NCBI GenBank assembly: GCA_963822945.1
Contig: CAWGJO010000020.1
Span: forward strand, 576,001-640,000
DNA from: an uncultured Gemmatimonadaceae bacterium
GTDB taxonomy: Bacteria > Gemmatimonadota > Gemmatimonadetes > Gemmatimonadales > Gemmatimonadaceae
Reading direction: 5' to 3'
DNA: 64,000 nt
The notes under the pieces are model-generated. The model made no database searches and had not been told where the DNA came from. It worked only from the letters and a program-made list of their open reading frames with translations. A program made the position numbers and the translations under genes. Positions within the stretch are counted from its first letter, which is position 1, and the number at the start of each line of letters is the position of its first letter. This document shows, piece after piece, positions 50,115-59,894 of the stretch.

Positions 50115-51445
50115 TCTCTGCCTTGCTGCTCGCGCTTGCGATGCAGGCACAGGACACCACACGTCTCACGCTGCAGAACGTGGTGGACCGTGCCCTGCAC
50201 ACGCATCCGGCCGTCGCCGCCGCCCAGGCCGCGCAGGACCGGTCCACTGCCGACTTCAACGATGCCCGGTCGCGCCTGCTGCCCGACCTGAACTTCGACG
50301 CCGCGCTCAACCGGTTCCAGCGGCCGATGGTGGTGGCGCCGCTGCACGGCCTCGACCTGCGCAATCCGCCGCTCTTCGATCGCACGCCGTACCAGGCGGG
50401 CCTCTCCCTCAACTGGACGGTGCTCGACTTCGGCAAGCGCTCGGCCCGGATCGATGCGCAGCGGGCGCTGCGCAACGCCGCCGGCGACGCGCTCACCGCC
50501 ACGGAGCAGCAGTTGATGACGTCCACCGTGCACGGATATCTCGCCGTGCTCGACGCTCGCCAGTTGCTGGCGGCCCAGGACCGCCTGGTCGCGGCCCTCG
50601 CCGCGGCGCAGTCCCGCACGGTGCAACTCGAGGCCCAGGGCAAGGCCGCGCGCGTGGCCGTGCTGCGCGTGGACGCCGAACTGCAACGCGCGCGAGCCGA
50701 CCGGATCAGCGCCGCCTCCCGACTGGAGGTCGCCGAACATCAGCTCGCGCAACTCGCCGACGTATCCTTCGGTGCGATCCACGGCGCGGAACTCGCCCCG
50801 CTCACGCTCGTCGACACCGCCTCGGCCGCCGACACCTCGGCCGCCGTGCGCGCCCGGCTCGTCGCCCAGGCACGGCGCACGAGCAGTGACGTCCGGCAGA
50901 TGGAAGAGCAGTCGCAGGCCGCGCGGGCCGGCGTGTCCGCCGCACGCGCCACCTGGCTGCCGACCGTCCAGATGCAGGGCGCCTACATCGACCGCGGCCG
51001 CTGGGCGGGCAACTACTCGGCCGAATGGCAGGTGGGCGTCGCGATGTCGTATCCGGTGTTCACCGGCGGCAGCCGCACCAGCGCGGTACAGCGCGCCGAC
51101 GCCAACGCGCGCGCGGCCGCCGAGCAGGTTCGTGTCGTGCAACTCGACGTCGAGCGCGGCGTGGATCAGAACCTGGCCGCGCTCCGCGAGGCGCACGCCC
51201 GCGTGGCCGCGCTCGAGAGCGCGGTCGCGCAGTCGCAGGAAGTGGAACGGATCGAGAAGCTCGCGCTCGATGTGGGCACGGTGGTTCAGACCGACTATCT
51301 CGACGCCGAAGCCAAGCTGTTCTCCGCGCAGGCCGCCCTGATCCAGGCCCGCCACGCGGAGATCGCTGCCCGTGTCGACCTGGCCCGAACTCTCGGCGAA
51401 CTGTCCCGCAGCTGGCTCGCCCGCAACGTGGAGTCCCTACCATGA
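50111..51445 (+). CDS. TolC-family outer-membrane efflux protein
   Basis: Signal peptide and two OEP repeats (SRLLPDL.., ATWLPTV..MSYPVFTGG). Confidence 0.9.
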   Translation: MISALLLALAMQAQDTTRLTLQNVVDRALHTHPAVAAAQAAQDRSTADFNDARSRLLPDLNFDAALNRFQRPMVVAPLHGLDLRNPPLFDRTPYQAGLSLNWTVLDFGKRSARIDAQRALRNAAGDALTATEQQLMTSTVHGYLAVLDARQLLAAQDRLVAALAAAQSRTVQLEAQGKAARVAVLRVDAELQRARADRISAASRLEVAEHQLAQLADVSFGAIHGAELAPLTLVDTASAADTSAAVRARLVAQARRTSSDVRQMEEQSQAARAGVSAARATWLPTVQMQGAYIDRGRWAGNYSAEWQVGVAMSYPVFTGGSRTSAVQRADANARAAAEQVRVVQLDVERGVDQNLAALREAHARVAALESAVAQSQEVERIEKLALDVGTVVQTDYLDAEAKLFSAQAALIQARHAEIAARVDLARTLGELSRSWLARNVESLP

Positions 51446-52440
51446 ACCGCAAACGCATCATCCCCGCCGTCGTGGGACTTCTCGTCGTCGCCACGGCCGT
51501 CTACCTCACCGTATTCCGCGACGGCGCGAACGCCGCCGAACCCGCGGTCTCGGGAACGGTCGAGGCCACCGAGGCCGATCTCGGATTCCAGCTCCCCGGG
51601 CGCATTGCTACCGTCGGGCCGCACGAGGGCGACCGCGTGAAGGCCGGTGACACGCTGGCCATGCTCGACCGCACCGACCTGGCCGCCCGCGTGGCACAGG
51701 CGCGCGCCGGTCTCGCCGCGGCCCGAGCGGGACTGCTGGAAATGGAACGCGGGGCGCGGAGCGAGGAGTTGGCGCAGGCTCGCGAGGCCGACAGCACGGC
51801 CACGGCGCGCCTGGCCGACGCGCAGCGCGACTTCGACCGCACGCAACGGCTGTTCCAGGGCGGCGCGGTGCCGCGCGAATCGTTCGACAAGGCGAGCCTG
51901 GCGCTCGATGTGGCGCGGAGCGGCAAGGCCCAGGCCGACCAGCAGCTGAAGCTCGTGGAGAGCGGCCCGCGTCGCGAGCGCATCGCGGCGCAGCGCGCCA
52001 TGGTGGAACAGGCCCAGGCGGCCGTGCGCCAGACGGAAGCGGCCATGGACAACGGAGTGATTCGTGCGCCGTTCGACGGCGTGGTCACGATCCGCGACCG
52101 AGAACCGGGGGAGACGGTGGGCGCCGGTACGCCCGTGTTGACGGTCATGAACCTGCACGACCGGTGGGTGCGCATCTACGTGCGCGAGGACCGGATTGCC
52201 GCGGTTCGCCTGGGCGAGCCGGCGACGATCAGCACCGATACCTACGCCGGCAAGACCTATCCGGGCGCCGTGTCGTTCATCGCGAGCCAGGCGGAGTTCA
52301 CGCCGCGCAACGTGCAGACCACCGAGGAGCGGGTGAAGCTGGTGTACGCGGTGAAGGTTCGCATCACCGGCGACACCACGACCTACGATCTCAAACCCGG
52401 CATGCCGGCCGACGTACGGTTGGGAGGCTCGACGCAGTGA
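51442..52440 (+). CDS. HlyD/YbhG-type periplasmic adaptor
   Basis: SGTVEA, EGDRVKAGD, IRAPFDG, AEFTPRNVQT..RVKLVYAVKV, LKPGMPAD. Confidence 0.93.
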   Translation: MNRKRIIPAVVGLLVVATAVYLTVFRDGANAAEPAVSGTVEATEADLGFQLPGRIATVGPHEGDRVKAGDTLAMLDRTDLAARVAQARAGLAAARAGLLEMERGARSEELAQAREADSTATARLADAQRDFDRTQRLFQGGAVPRESFDKASLALDVARSGKAQADQQLKLVESGPRRERIAAQRAMVEQAQAAVRQTEAAMDNGVIRAPFDGVVTIRDREPGETVGAGTPVLTVMNLHDRWVRIYVREDRIAAVRLGEPATISTDTYAGKTYPGAVSFIASQAEFTPRNVQTTEERVKLVYAVKVRITGDTTTYDLKPGMPADVRLGGSTQ

Positions 52441-53399
52441 CGTCTGGGGATCGCGCCGAGGCGGCGATTTCGCTGCGGAGCCTGCGCCGCACGTTCGGCG
52501 ACGTCGTGGCGGTGGACGGGTTGTCGTTCGACGTCGGCCGCGGTGAGTTGTTCGGGCTCGTCGGGCCGGACGGCGCCGGCAAGACCACCACGCTGCGCAT
52601 GCTGGCCGGCGTGCTGCCGCCCACGGGCGGCGACGCGACGATCCGCGGCGTGAGCGTGGCCGGCGATCCGGAGGGCGTGAAGCACCACATCGCCTACATG
52701 TCGCAGCGGTTCGGTCTGTACACCGATCTCACGGTGCGCGAGAACATCGACTTCTATGCCGACCTGTACCGCGTGCCGCGGCGCGAGCGGCCGGCGCGGC
52801 TGGAGCGGCTGTACCACTTCTCCAACCTCGGACAGTTCGAACACCGGCTGGCCGGGCAGTTGTCCGGCGGCATGAAGCAGAAGCTCGGCCTGTGCTGCGC
52901 GCTGATCCATCAGCCCGAGATCCTGCTGCTCGACGAGCCGACCTTCGGAGTCGATCCCATCTCCCGCCGCGACCTGTGGCTCATTCTGCACGAGATGGTG
53001 GCGCAGGGCGTCACGGTGCTCGTGACGACGGCGTACATGGACGAGGCGGAACGGTGCGATCACGTGGCCCTGCTCGATCACGGCCGCATCATTGCGCTGG
53101 ATACGCCGGTGGCCCTCCAGCGGACGCTGGCCGGGCGCATGGTGGCGCTCCGTGCGTCGGAGCCGCGCCAGGCGCTGGCGGTGCTCGAGGGGACGCCGGC
53201 CGCGCACCATGCCGCCCTGTTCGGCGACACCATCCACCTGGCGCTGGACTCCACGCAGCACGACTGGCCGCAGGTGGAGGCCGCGCTGACCGCCGCCGGC
53301 ATCCGCGTGCTCGACGTCCACGACCTCGAGCCATCGCTCGAAGACGTGTTCATCCAGCGCGTCTCCGAAACCGTGATCGACGCGGCGGCGCCGGCATGA
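52437..53399 (+). CDS. ABC ATP-binding protein (YbhF N-half type)
   Basis: GPDGAGKT, YMSQRFGLY, LSGGMKQK, DEPT. GTGA overlap. Confidence 0.93.
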   Translation: MTSGDRAEAAISLRSLRRTFGDVVAVDGLSFDVGRGELFGLVGPDGAGKTTTLRMLAGVLPPTGGDATIRGVSVAGDPEGVKHHIAYMSQRFGLYTDLTVRENIDFYADLYRVPRRERPARLERLYHFSNLGQFEHRLAGQLSGGMKQKLGLCCALIHQPEILLLDEPTFGVDPISRRDLWLILHEMVAQGVTVLVTTAYMDEAERCDHVALLDHGRIIALDTPVALQRTLAGRMVALRASEPRQALAVLEGTPAAHHAALFGDTIHLALDSTQHDWPQVEAALTAAGIRVLDVHDLEPSLEDVFIQRVSETVIDAAAPA

Positions 53400-54334
53400 C
53401 GTACGCGGTGGACGTGCACGAACTCACGCGCAGGTTCGGGGACTTCACGGCCGTGGACCACGTCACCTTCCAGGTTCCCGAGGGCGAGATCTTCGGCTTC
53501 CTGGGCCCCAACGGGGCGGGCAAGACGACCACCATCAAGATGCTCACCGGGCTGCTCGCGCCCACGTCGGGCACCGGCCGCGTGGCGGGGTTCGACGTGC
53601 GCACGGACGCCGAACGAATCAAGGAGCACATCGGGTACATGTCGCAGCTGTTCTCGCTGTACGGCGATCTGACCGTTGAGGAGAACATCGCCTTCTTCGC
53701 CGGCATGTACGGGGTGACCGGCGCGCGCCTCGAGGAGCGACGAGACTGGGTATTGCGCATGGCGGGGCTCACCGCACACCGCACCCAGATGACGGGCGAC
53801 CTGCCCCTGGGCTGGAAGCAGCGCCTGGCCCTCGGCTGCGCCGTGCTGCACGAGCCACCGATTCTCTTCCTCGACGAGCCAACGTCGGGGGTGGATCCCG
53901 TGTCGCGCCGCAGTTTCTGGGAACTGATCTACACCCTGGCCGATCGCGGCACGACGATCTTCGTGAGCACGCACTACATGGAAGAGGCGGAGTACTGCAA
54001 CCGCCTGGCGTTGATGAATCGGGGCCGGTTGATCGCCCTCGACCGTCCGGCGGCGCTGCGCCAGCGGATGGCGGAGCCCATTCTCGAGGTGGTCACCGAT
54101 GACGGGCCGGCCGCCGTGCAGGAGCTGCAGCAGGCGCCCGGCGTGATCGAGGCGGCGATGTTCGGCCGCGCCGTGCACGTCGTGGTGGAGGACGAAGCCG
54201 CTGCCCGGGCCGCGCTGCCGGGCTTTCTGGCGGCGCACGGCCGCACCTGCGACCGCATCACCACCGTCCAGCCATCGTTGGAAGACGTGTTCGTCTCGCT
54301 CGTCCGCCACGAGGGCGGCGCGGTGGAGGGCTGA
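53396..54334 (+). CDS. ABC ATP-binding protein (YbhF C-half type)
   Basis: GPNGAGKT, LPLGWKQR, DEPTSGVDP, THYMEEAE. Confidence 0.93.
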   Translation: MTYAVDVHELTRRFGDFTAVDHVTFQVPEGEIFGFLGPNGAGKTTTIKMLTGLLAPTSGTGRVAGFDVRTDAERIKEHIGYMSQLFSLYGDLTVEENIAFFAGMYGVTGARLEERRDWVLRMAGLTAHRTQMTGDLPLGWKQRLALGCAVLHEPPILFLDEPTSGVDPVSRRSFWELIYTLADRGTTIFVSTHYMEEAEYCNRLALMNRGRLIALDRPAALRQRMAEPILEVVTDDGPAAVQELQQAPGVIEAAMFGRAVHVVVEDEAAARAALPGFLAAHGRTCDRITTVQPSLEDVFVSLVRHEGGAVEG

Positions 54335-54337
54335 CCG

Positions 54338-55464
54338 GTGAGTCTCAGCCTGCAGCGACTGATCGCGGTGGCCCGCAAGGAGGCCATCCAACTCCGGCGC
54401 GATCCTCGCAGTCTGGCGATGGCGTTCCTGGTGCCGGCGGCGATGATCATCGTGTTCGGGTACATCATCAGCTTCGACGTGCGCGACATCCGCATCGCCG
54501 TGCTGGATCAGGATCATTCGACGCAGAGCCGGGCGCTCGTATCGGCGTTCGAAGCGGCCGGCCGGTTCGAGGTCGTGGGCCGGCTGACGCGCCCCGAACA
54601 GATCGATCCGCTCATGAATCGCGGCGCGGTGCGCATGGCGTTGGTCATTCCACCGGACTTCGAGAAGAACCTGCTGGCCCGGAAGCCGGCACCCGTGCAG
54701 GCCATCGTCGACGGGGCCGACGCCAACACGGCGTCGATCTCGATGAACTACGCCGAGGCCATCGTGACGGCCTTCTCGTCGAAGGTCGTGCTCAACCGCG
54801 CGGCGCTCCCCGTCCCGGTGACCGTCGAGAGCCGCGTGTGGTACAACGAGGCGCTCGAGAGCGCGAACATGATCGTGCCGGGGCTCGTGGCGGTGATCAT
54901 GATGATCATTGCCGCCATGCTCACGGCGCTCACGATCGCGCGCGAATGGGAGCGCGGGACCATGGAGCAGCTGGCCGCCACGCCGGTGCACCGCCTCGAG
55001 GTCATCTGCGGCAAGCTGCTGCCCTATCTCGCCATCGGCGCTCGTGGACGTCACCGCCGCCGTGCTCATCGGCGTATTCCTCTTCCACGTGCCGTTCCGG
55101 GGCAGCCCGCTGCTGCTGGCCGTGATGGCCACCATGTTCCTGCTCGGCTCGCTGGGACTCGGCATTTTCATCAGCGCCGCGCTCAAATCGCAGCTGCTGG
55201 CAACGCAGTTGGCCATGCTCGCCACGTTCATCCCGTCGCTGCTGCTCTCCGGCCTGATCTTCGACATCGCGAGCATGCCGTGGCCGCTCCGGGTCGTGTC
55301 GCTCGCGGTGCCGGCCCGGTACTTCGTGGTGGTGCTGCGCAGCGTGTTCCTCAAGGGCGTGGGGGCGGAGGTCCTCTGGCAACAGGGCGTCGCCATGATC
55401 GTGTACGCCGTGGTCGGGCTGCGGCCTCGCCGTCCACGCCTTCCGCAAGGAGATCGCCTCGTGA
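54338..55464 (+). CDS. ABC-2 permease YbhS-like, two frameshifts (about 55040 and 55422)
   Basis: KEAIQLRRDPR, DGADAN, REWERGTMEQL, GKLLPY. Continues LVDV..LLSGLIF..MP and ends VHAFRKEIAS* after two +1 indels. Confidence 0.85.
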
Positions 55465-55475
55465 GGGCGCCCCGC

Positions 55476-56603
55476 GTGAACTGGTCGCGCGTGCGCCAGA
55501 TGCTGCGCAAGGAACTCCGGCAGATGTTCGCGCGACCCGCGCGCCAAGCGGGTGCTGTTCGTCGCGCCGATCGTGCAGCTCATCGTCTTCGGCTACGCCG
55601 TGAACACCGACGTGCGCAACGCGGCGACGATGGTGGTGGATCACGACCAGACGTCGGAGTCGCGCGCCCTCGTCTCGGCGCTGACGCGTCCGGCTACTTC
55701 CGCGTGGCCGGCCGCGCCAGCAGCCCCGCGACCTGGTGAGCGCGCTCGATCACGGCAACGTGCTCGTGGGCCTGGAGATTCCACAGGGCTTCGCCAAGGA
55801 TCTCGCCGCCGGCCGGGAAGCCGACGTGCAGCTTCTCGTCGACGGCAGCTCGGCCAACACCGCCAACGTGGCGCTCGGCTACGCCACGCAGATCATCGCG
55901 CAGTGGGGCCTCGCCCACGGCGGGACCGCCGCCGGCCTGGTGCGCGCCGGCCCGCGACCGGGCGTGGACTTCCGCGTGCGCGCGTGGTACAACGAGAACC
56001 TCGAAAGCCGCGTCTACAACGTGCCCGCGGTCATCGGCACCATCGTGCTGCTCATGACGCTGCTGCTCACCTCGCTCGCCGTGGTGCGCGAACGCGAGAT
56101 CGGCACGCTCGAGCAACTGATGGTCAGCCCGCTGCGGCCCCTCGAGTTGATCATCGGCAAGACCCTGCCGTCGGTGTTCGTGGCGTTCGTCGACCTGACC
56201 GTCATCACCGCCGTGTCGCTGCTCTGGTTCGACATTCCCTTCCGCGGCAGCGTCGGTGTTCCTGTTCGTGGCCAGCGTGTTCTACATCCTCACCGGATTG
56301 GGGCTCGGCCTCTACATCTCGACCGTGTCGAACACGCAGCAGGAAGCGTTCATGGCGATGTTCTTCTTCTTCATGCCGGCCATCATGCTTTCGGGGTTCA
56401 TGTTCCCGATCGCGAACATGCCGCAGGCGCTGCAGTACGTGACCTATCTCGACCCGCTGCGCTACTTCCTGGAGATCGTGCGGGGCGTGTTCCTGCGCGG
56501 CGCCGGGTGGCGGATCCTCTGGCCGCAGGCGCTGGTGCTGGCCGCCATGGGCGTACTCGTGGTCACGGCGGCGACGCGGAAGTTCCGGAAGACGACGGCG
56601 TGA
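55476..56603 (+). CDS. ABC-2 permease YbhR-like, four frameshifts (about 55530, 55685, 55730, 56255)
   Basis: The pieces KELRQMFRDPR, FGYAVNTDV, DGSSAN, REREIGTLEQL and LSGFMFPIANMP, DPLRYF join after single-base corrections. Confidence 0.82.
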
Positions 56604-57395
56604 TCAGAACAGGCTCCGTATCCACCCCCCATCCACGGCCACCGACTGCCCGGTGATGTAGCTGGCCCGGTCCGACACCAGAAACGCCGCCAGCGCCCCG
56701 AACTCCTGCGGCTCGCCGATCCGTCCCATGGGAATCTGCGCCTCCGTTCGCGCGTTCACCTGGTTCACCGGCACCCCTTCGCGCTCGGCGTTCGCCTTGG
56801 CCAGCTGCTCCACCCGCTCCGTCCTGGTGAACCCGGGCAGGATGCAGTTCACCGTCACCCCATCCTTGGCAACCTCGGTGGCCAGGGTGCGCGCGAATCC
56901 GGTCACGGCCGCCCGCAGGCTGTTGGACAACATCAGCCCGTCCACCGGCTGCTTCACGGTGATCGACGTGACGTTGAGCACCCGCCCCCACTTCCGCTCG
57001 CGCATGCCCGGCAGCACGCGGCGCGTGAGTTCCACCGTGCTTCGCAGCAGGTTGTCCACGTGCTGCTGCCACAGCTCCCACGGCAGCTTCTCGAACGGCC
57101 CGCACGGCGGGCCGCCCGTGTTGTTCACCAGGATGTCCACGTGCCCGAACGCCTGCTCGGCGGCGTGCGCCACCGCATCGATGCCCTCCGTGGTCGCGAC
57201 GTCCGCCGCCACGGCACGGACGTCCGCCTTCGTCTCGGCGATGATCGCCTGTCGCGCCTTCTGCAGACGTTCGTCGCCCCGGGCGCAGATCACCACGCGC
57301 GCGCCCTCGGCGGCCAGTTCGCGCGCTGCCGCATAGCCGAGTCCGCGACTGGCCGCGCACACGATCGCGGTGCGGTCTTTCAGCCCCAGATCCAT
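56604..57395 (-). CDS. SDR-family oxidoreductase (atypical active site)
   Basis: MDLGLK..AASRGLG, DILVNNTGGP, LSNSLR in place of YxxxK, YITGQSVAVDGG. Confidence 0.93.
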   Translation of the reverse strand: MDLGLKDRTAIVCAASRGLGYAAARELAAEGARVVICARGDERLQKARQAIIAETKADVRAVAADVATTEGIDAVAHAAEQAFGHVDILVNNTGGPPCGPFEKLPWELWQQHVDNLLRSTVELTRRVLPGMRERKWGRVLNVTSITVKQPVDGLMLSNSLRAAVTGFARTLATEVAKDGVTVNCILPGFTRTERVEQLAKANAEREGVPVNQVNARTEAQIPMGRIGEPQEFGALAAFLVSDRASYITGQSVAVDGGWIRSLF

Positions 57396-57397
57396 GG

Positions 57398-57775
57398 TCA
57401 GCGCCGCAGGTATGCGTCGGTCTTGTTCAGCCAGTCTTCGCGAGGCGGACTGAAGATGTCCACGTCGAGCGTGTCCTGCAGCGCTTCGGCCTTGTGCCAC
57501 ACGTTGGACGGGATGTGCAGCACCTCGCCGGCCCGCACCACGACCTCCTCCTTCTCGTCCTCGCCGATCCAGAAGCGCAGCGCGCCCTCGAGGATGTAGG
57601 TGAGTTGTTCGTTCTCGTGCTGGTGCTTGGGCACCACGCAGCCCTCTTTGAGATACACGTGCGCGAGCATCATCCGGTCGCCCGTGATCAGGCGGCGGTC
57701 GATCATCGGCGAGACGGTCTCGCGGGGCATCTCGTCCCAGCGATAGAAGGTGACGGACCCAGAGGAGTTGGACAT
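57398..57775 (-). CDS. Cupin-domain protein (KdgF-like)
   Basis: Cupin metal motifs PKHQHENEQLTYILEG and GEVLHIPSNVWH, plus DIFSPPREDW. Confidence 0.88.
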   Translation of the reverse strand: MSNSSGSVTFYRWDEMPRETVSPMIDRRLITGDRMMLAHVYLKEGCVVPKHQHENEQLTYILEGALRFWIGEDEKEEVVVRAGEVLHIPSNVWHKAEALQDTLDVDIFSPPREDWLNKTDAYLRR

Positions 57776-57916
57776 GGTGTGGAAGGTGAAGGGTGAACGA
57801 ATCGCCAGCACCGGCGGACCGGCACCGAACCACGGGCAACCGGTACGTAAATGGGGGGCTGCCCCGGGGTGCCGCCAGTGCTTGACTCATCCTCGGCGCC
57901 CGGTTTTATCTCCGGC

Positions 57917-58372
57917 ATGGTCCAGAACGCACCGACGCCCGAGCTTCCCCCCTCGATTGCCCGGCTGCTGCGCCAGTTCGCAACGCTCGGACGGGAAGAG
58001 AAGATGCAGACGCTGCTGCACTATTCCAAGAAGCTCGAACCCCTCCCCGAACGATTTGCCGCGCTCGACCGCAGCAATTTCACGGTCCCCGAGTGTCAGA
58101 CGCGGGTGGACCTCTTCCCCGAGGTCCACGACGGCACGCTGCATTTCTACGCCGACGTCGACGTTCGCCAGTCGCCCACCATCGCGGCCTTCCTCGCCAT
58201 TCTGTTCTCGGCCGTGAACGACCAGCCTCCCGGAACCACCCTCGCGATTCCGCCCGACTTCGTGCGCCGGATGATGGACGGCATCGGACTCGCCGGCCGA
58301 GAAGCGGGGCTCTCGGCGATGGTCGCGCGGCTCCAGGCGCACGCACGACGCGCGCTCTCGCCGACGTCATAG
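57917..58372 (+). CDS. SufE-family sulfur-acceptor protein
   Basis: LLHYSKKL..VPECQTRVDLF contains the conserved Cys. Also SPTIAAF and a terminal GREAGL. Confidence 0.85.
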   Translation: MVQNAPTPELPPSIARLLRQFATLGREEKMQTLLHYSKKLEPLPERFAALDRSNFTVPECQTRVDLFPEVHDGTLHFYADVDVRQSPTIAAFLAILFSAVNDQPPGTTLAIPPDFVRRMMDGIGLAGREAGLSAMVARLQAHARRALSPTS

Positions 58373-58401
58373 TCGTCGCTCACCCGCCTCCAGAGGGCTG
58401 C

Positions 58402-58839
58402 ATGCCCGCCAAACCACAGACGTACGCGAACCACCGGCGCATCTTCCCCATCTATCACTTCTTCGCACTTCCCATTCTCACCGCGAACGTCGTGGTCGCC
58501 ATCGCGGACTTCCTCGATGCCCCGTCGTGGCACGCCGGATGGTGGGTGCTGGTCTCCATGGCCCTCGCCGCCGGCCTCCTCGCCTCGCGTGCCTCGGCGC
58601 TCATCGTGCAGAACCGGCTCGTGGGGCTCGAGATGCGCTTGCGCCTCACGGCCATCCTGCCCAACGAGCTTCGCCCGCGCATCGGCGACCTCACCCTCCG
58701 CCAGATCATCGGCCTCCGGTTCGCGAGCGACGGCGAGATGGCCGACCTCGTCCGCCGCTGCATCGCCGGCGAACTGGCCACGGCCGACGACGTCAAACGC
58801 CAGATCAGGGAGTGGCGCCCCGACATCGTCCGCGCCTGA
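58402..58839 (+). CDS. DUF6526-like small membrane protein
   Basis: QTYANHRR..YHFF, VQNR..LEMRLR, QIIGLRFASDGE, IREWRPD..RA. GAGG SD. Confidence 0.75.
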   Translation: MPAKPQTYANHRRIFPIYHFFALPILTANVVVAIADFLDAPSWHAGWWVLVSMALAAGLLASRASALIVQNRLVGLEMRLRLTAILPNELRPRIGDLTLRQIIGLRFASDGEMADLVRRCIAGELATADDVKRQIREWRPDIVRA

Positions 58840-58847
58840 GACCGCCC

Positions 58848-59894
58848 ATGGCACGCGTTACCCCCGCCTGTCCGCGCGACGAAGCCGATCTCGACGCACG
58901 GCTCGCCGCTCCGCGCACCGAGACCGTCGCCGCGCTCGCTGGCTGTCCGGGCGACCTCCTGGTGCTCGGCGCGGGAGGCAAGATGGGGCCCACACTCGCC
59001 CGCATGGCCCTCGCCGCCGCCCGCCGCGCCGACGAGGGCAGGGACGTGCGGCGTGTGATCGCCGTTTCCCGCTTCTCCTCGCCGCACGCTGAACGCGCAC
59101 TGCGCGCCGCGGGCGTGCACACCATCCGCTGCGATCTGCTCGACCGCGCAGCGGTCGCCGCACTCCCCGACGCGCCCAACGTGATCTTCATGGCCGGCCA
59201 GAAGTTCGGCACCCGCGACGCGCCGTCGCGCACGTGGATGATGAACGTCGTACTGCCGGCCATCTGCGCGGAACGCTACGCCGCGTCGCGGATCGTCGCC
59301 TTCTCCACCGGCAACGTGTATCCGCTCACGCCCGTGGCGTCGGGTGGGGCCGGCGAGATGGATGCGCCGGCGCCGGTGGGCGAGTACGCGTGGTCGTGCC
59401 TGGGCCGCGAGCGCGTGTTCGAACACGCGGCATCCGCGGGCACGCGCGTGGCGCTCATGCGGCTCAACTACGCGATCGATCTCCGGTACGGGGTGCTCAC
59501 CGATCTCGCACTGCGCATCCAGCGCGGCGACCCGGTATCGCTCGGCATGGGCCGGGTGAATGTGATCTGGCAGGGTGACGCGAACCGGGCCGCCCTCGAG
59601 CTGCTCCCGCATGCCGGATCGCCACCATTCGTGCTGAACGTGACCGGGCGCGACACGCTCTCGGTCCGAACCCTCGCCGATCAACTGGGCCGGCGTCTGG
59701 AACGCGAGCCGCGTTTCGCCGGCGTCGAGGCCCCCGATGCACTGCTCAGCAACACCCACCGGATGGCGCAGACCCTCGCGCCACCGGCCATCGACCTCGA
59801 GACGATGCTCGACTGGGTGGCCGAATGGGTGCGCGCCGGCCGGCCGTTGCTCGACAAGCCGACCCACTTCGACGTGCGCGACGGCAGCTTCTGA
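58848..59894 (+). CDS. NAD-dependent epimerase/dehydratase family protein
   Basis: GAGGKMG, MAGQKFGT, FSTGNVY, EYAWSCLGRER, RLNYA, KPTHFDVRDGSF. Confidence 0.88.
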   Translation: MARVTPACPRDEADLDARLAAPRTETVAALAGCPGDLLVLGAGGKMGPTLARMALAAARRADEGRDVRRVIAVSRFSSPHAERALRAAGVHTIRCDLLDRAAVAALPDAPNVIFMAGQKFGTRDAPSRTWMMNVVLPAICAERYAASRIVAFSTGNVYPLTPVASGGAGEMDAPAPVGEYAWSCLGRERVFEHAASAGTRVALMRLNYAIDLRYGVLTDLALRIQRGDPVSLGMGRVNVIWQGDANRAALELLPHAGSPPFVLNVTGRDTLSVRTLADQLGRRLEREPRFAGVEAPDALLSNTHRMAQTLAPPAIDLETMLDWVAEWVRAGRPLLDKPTHFDVRDGSF

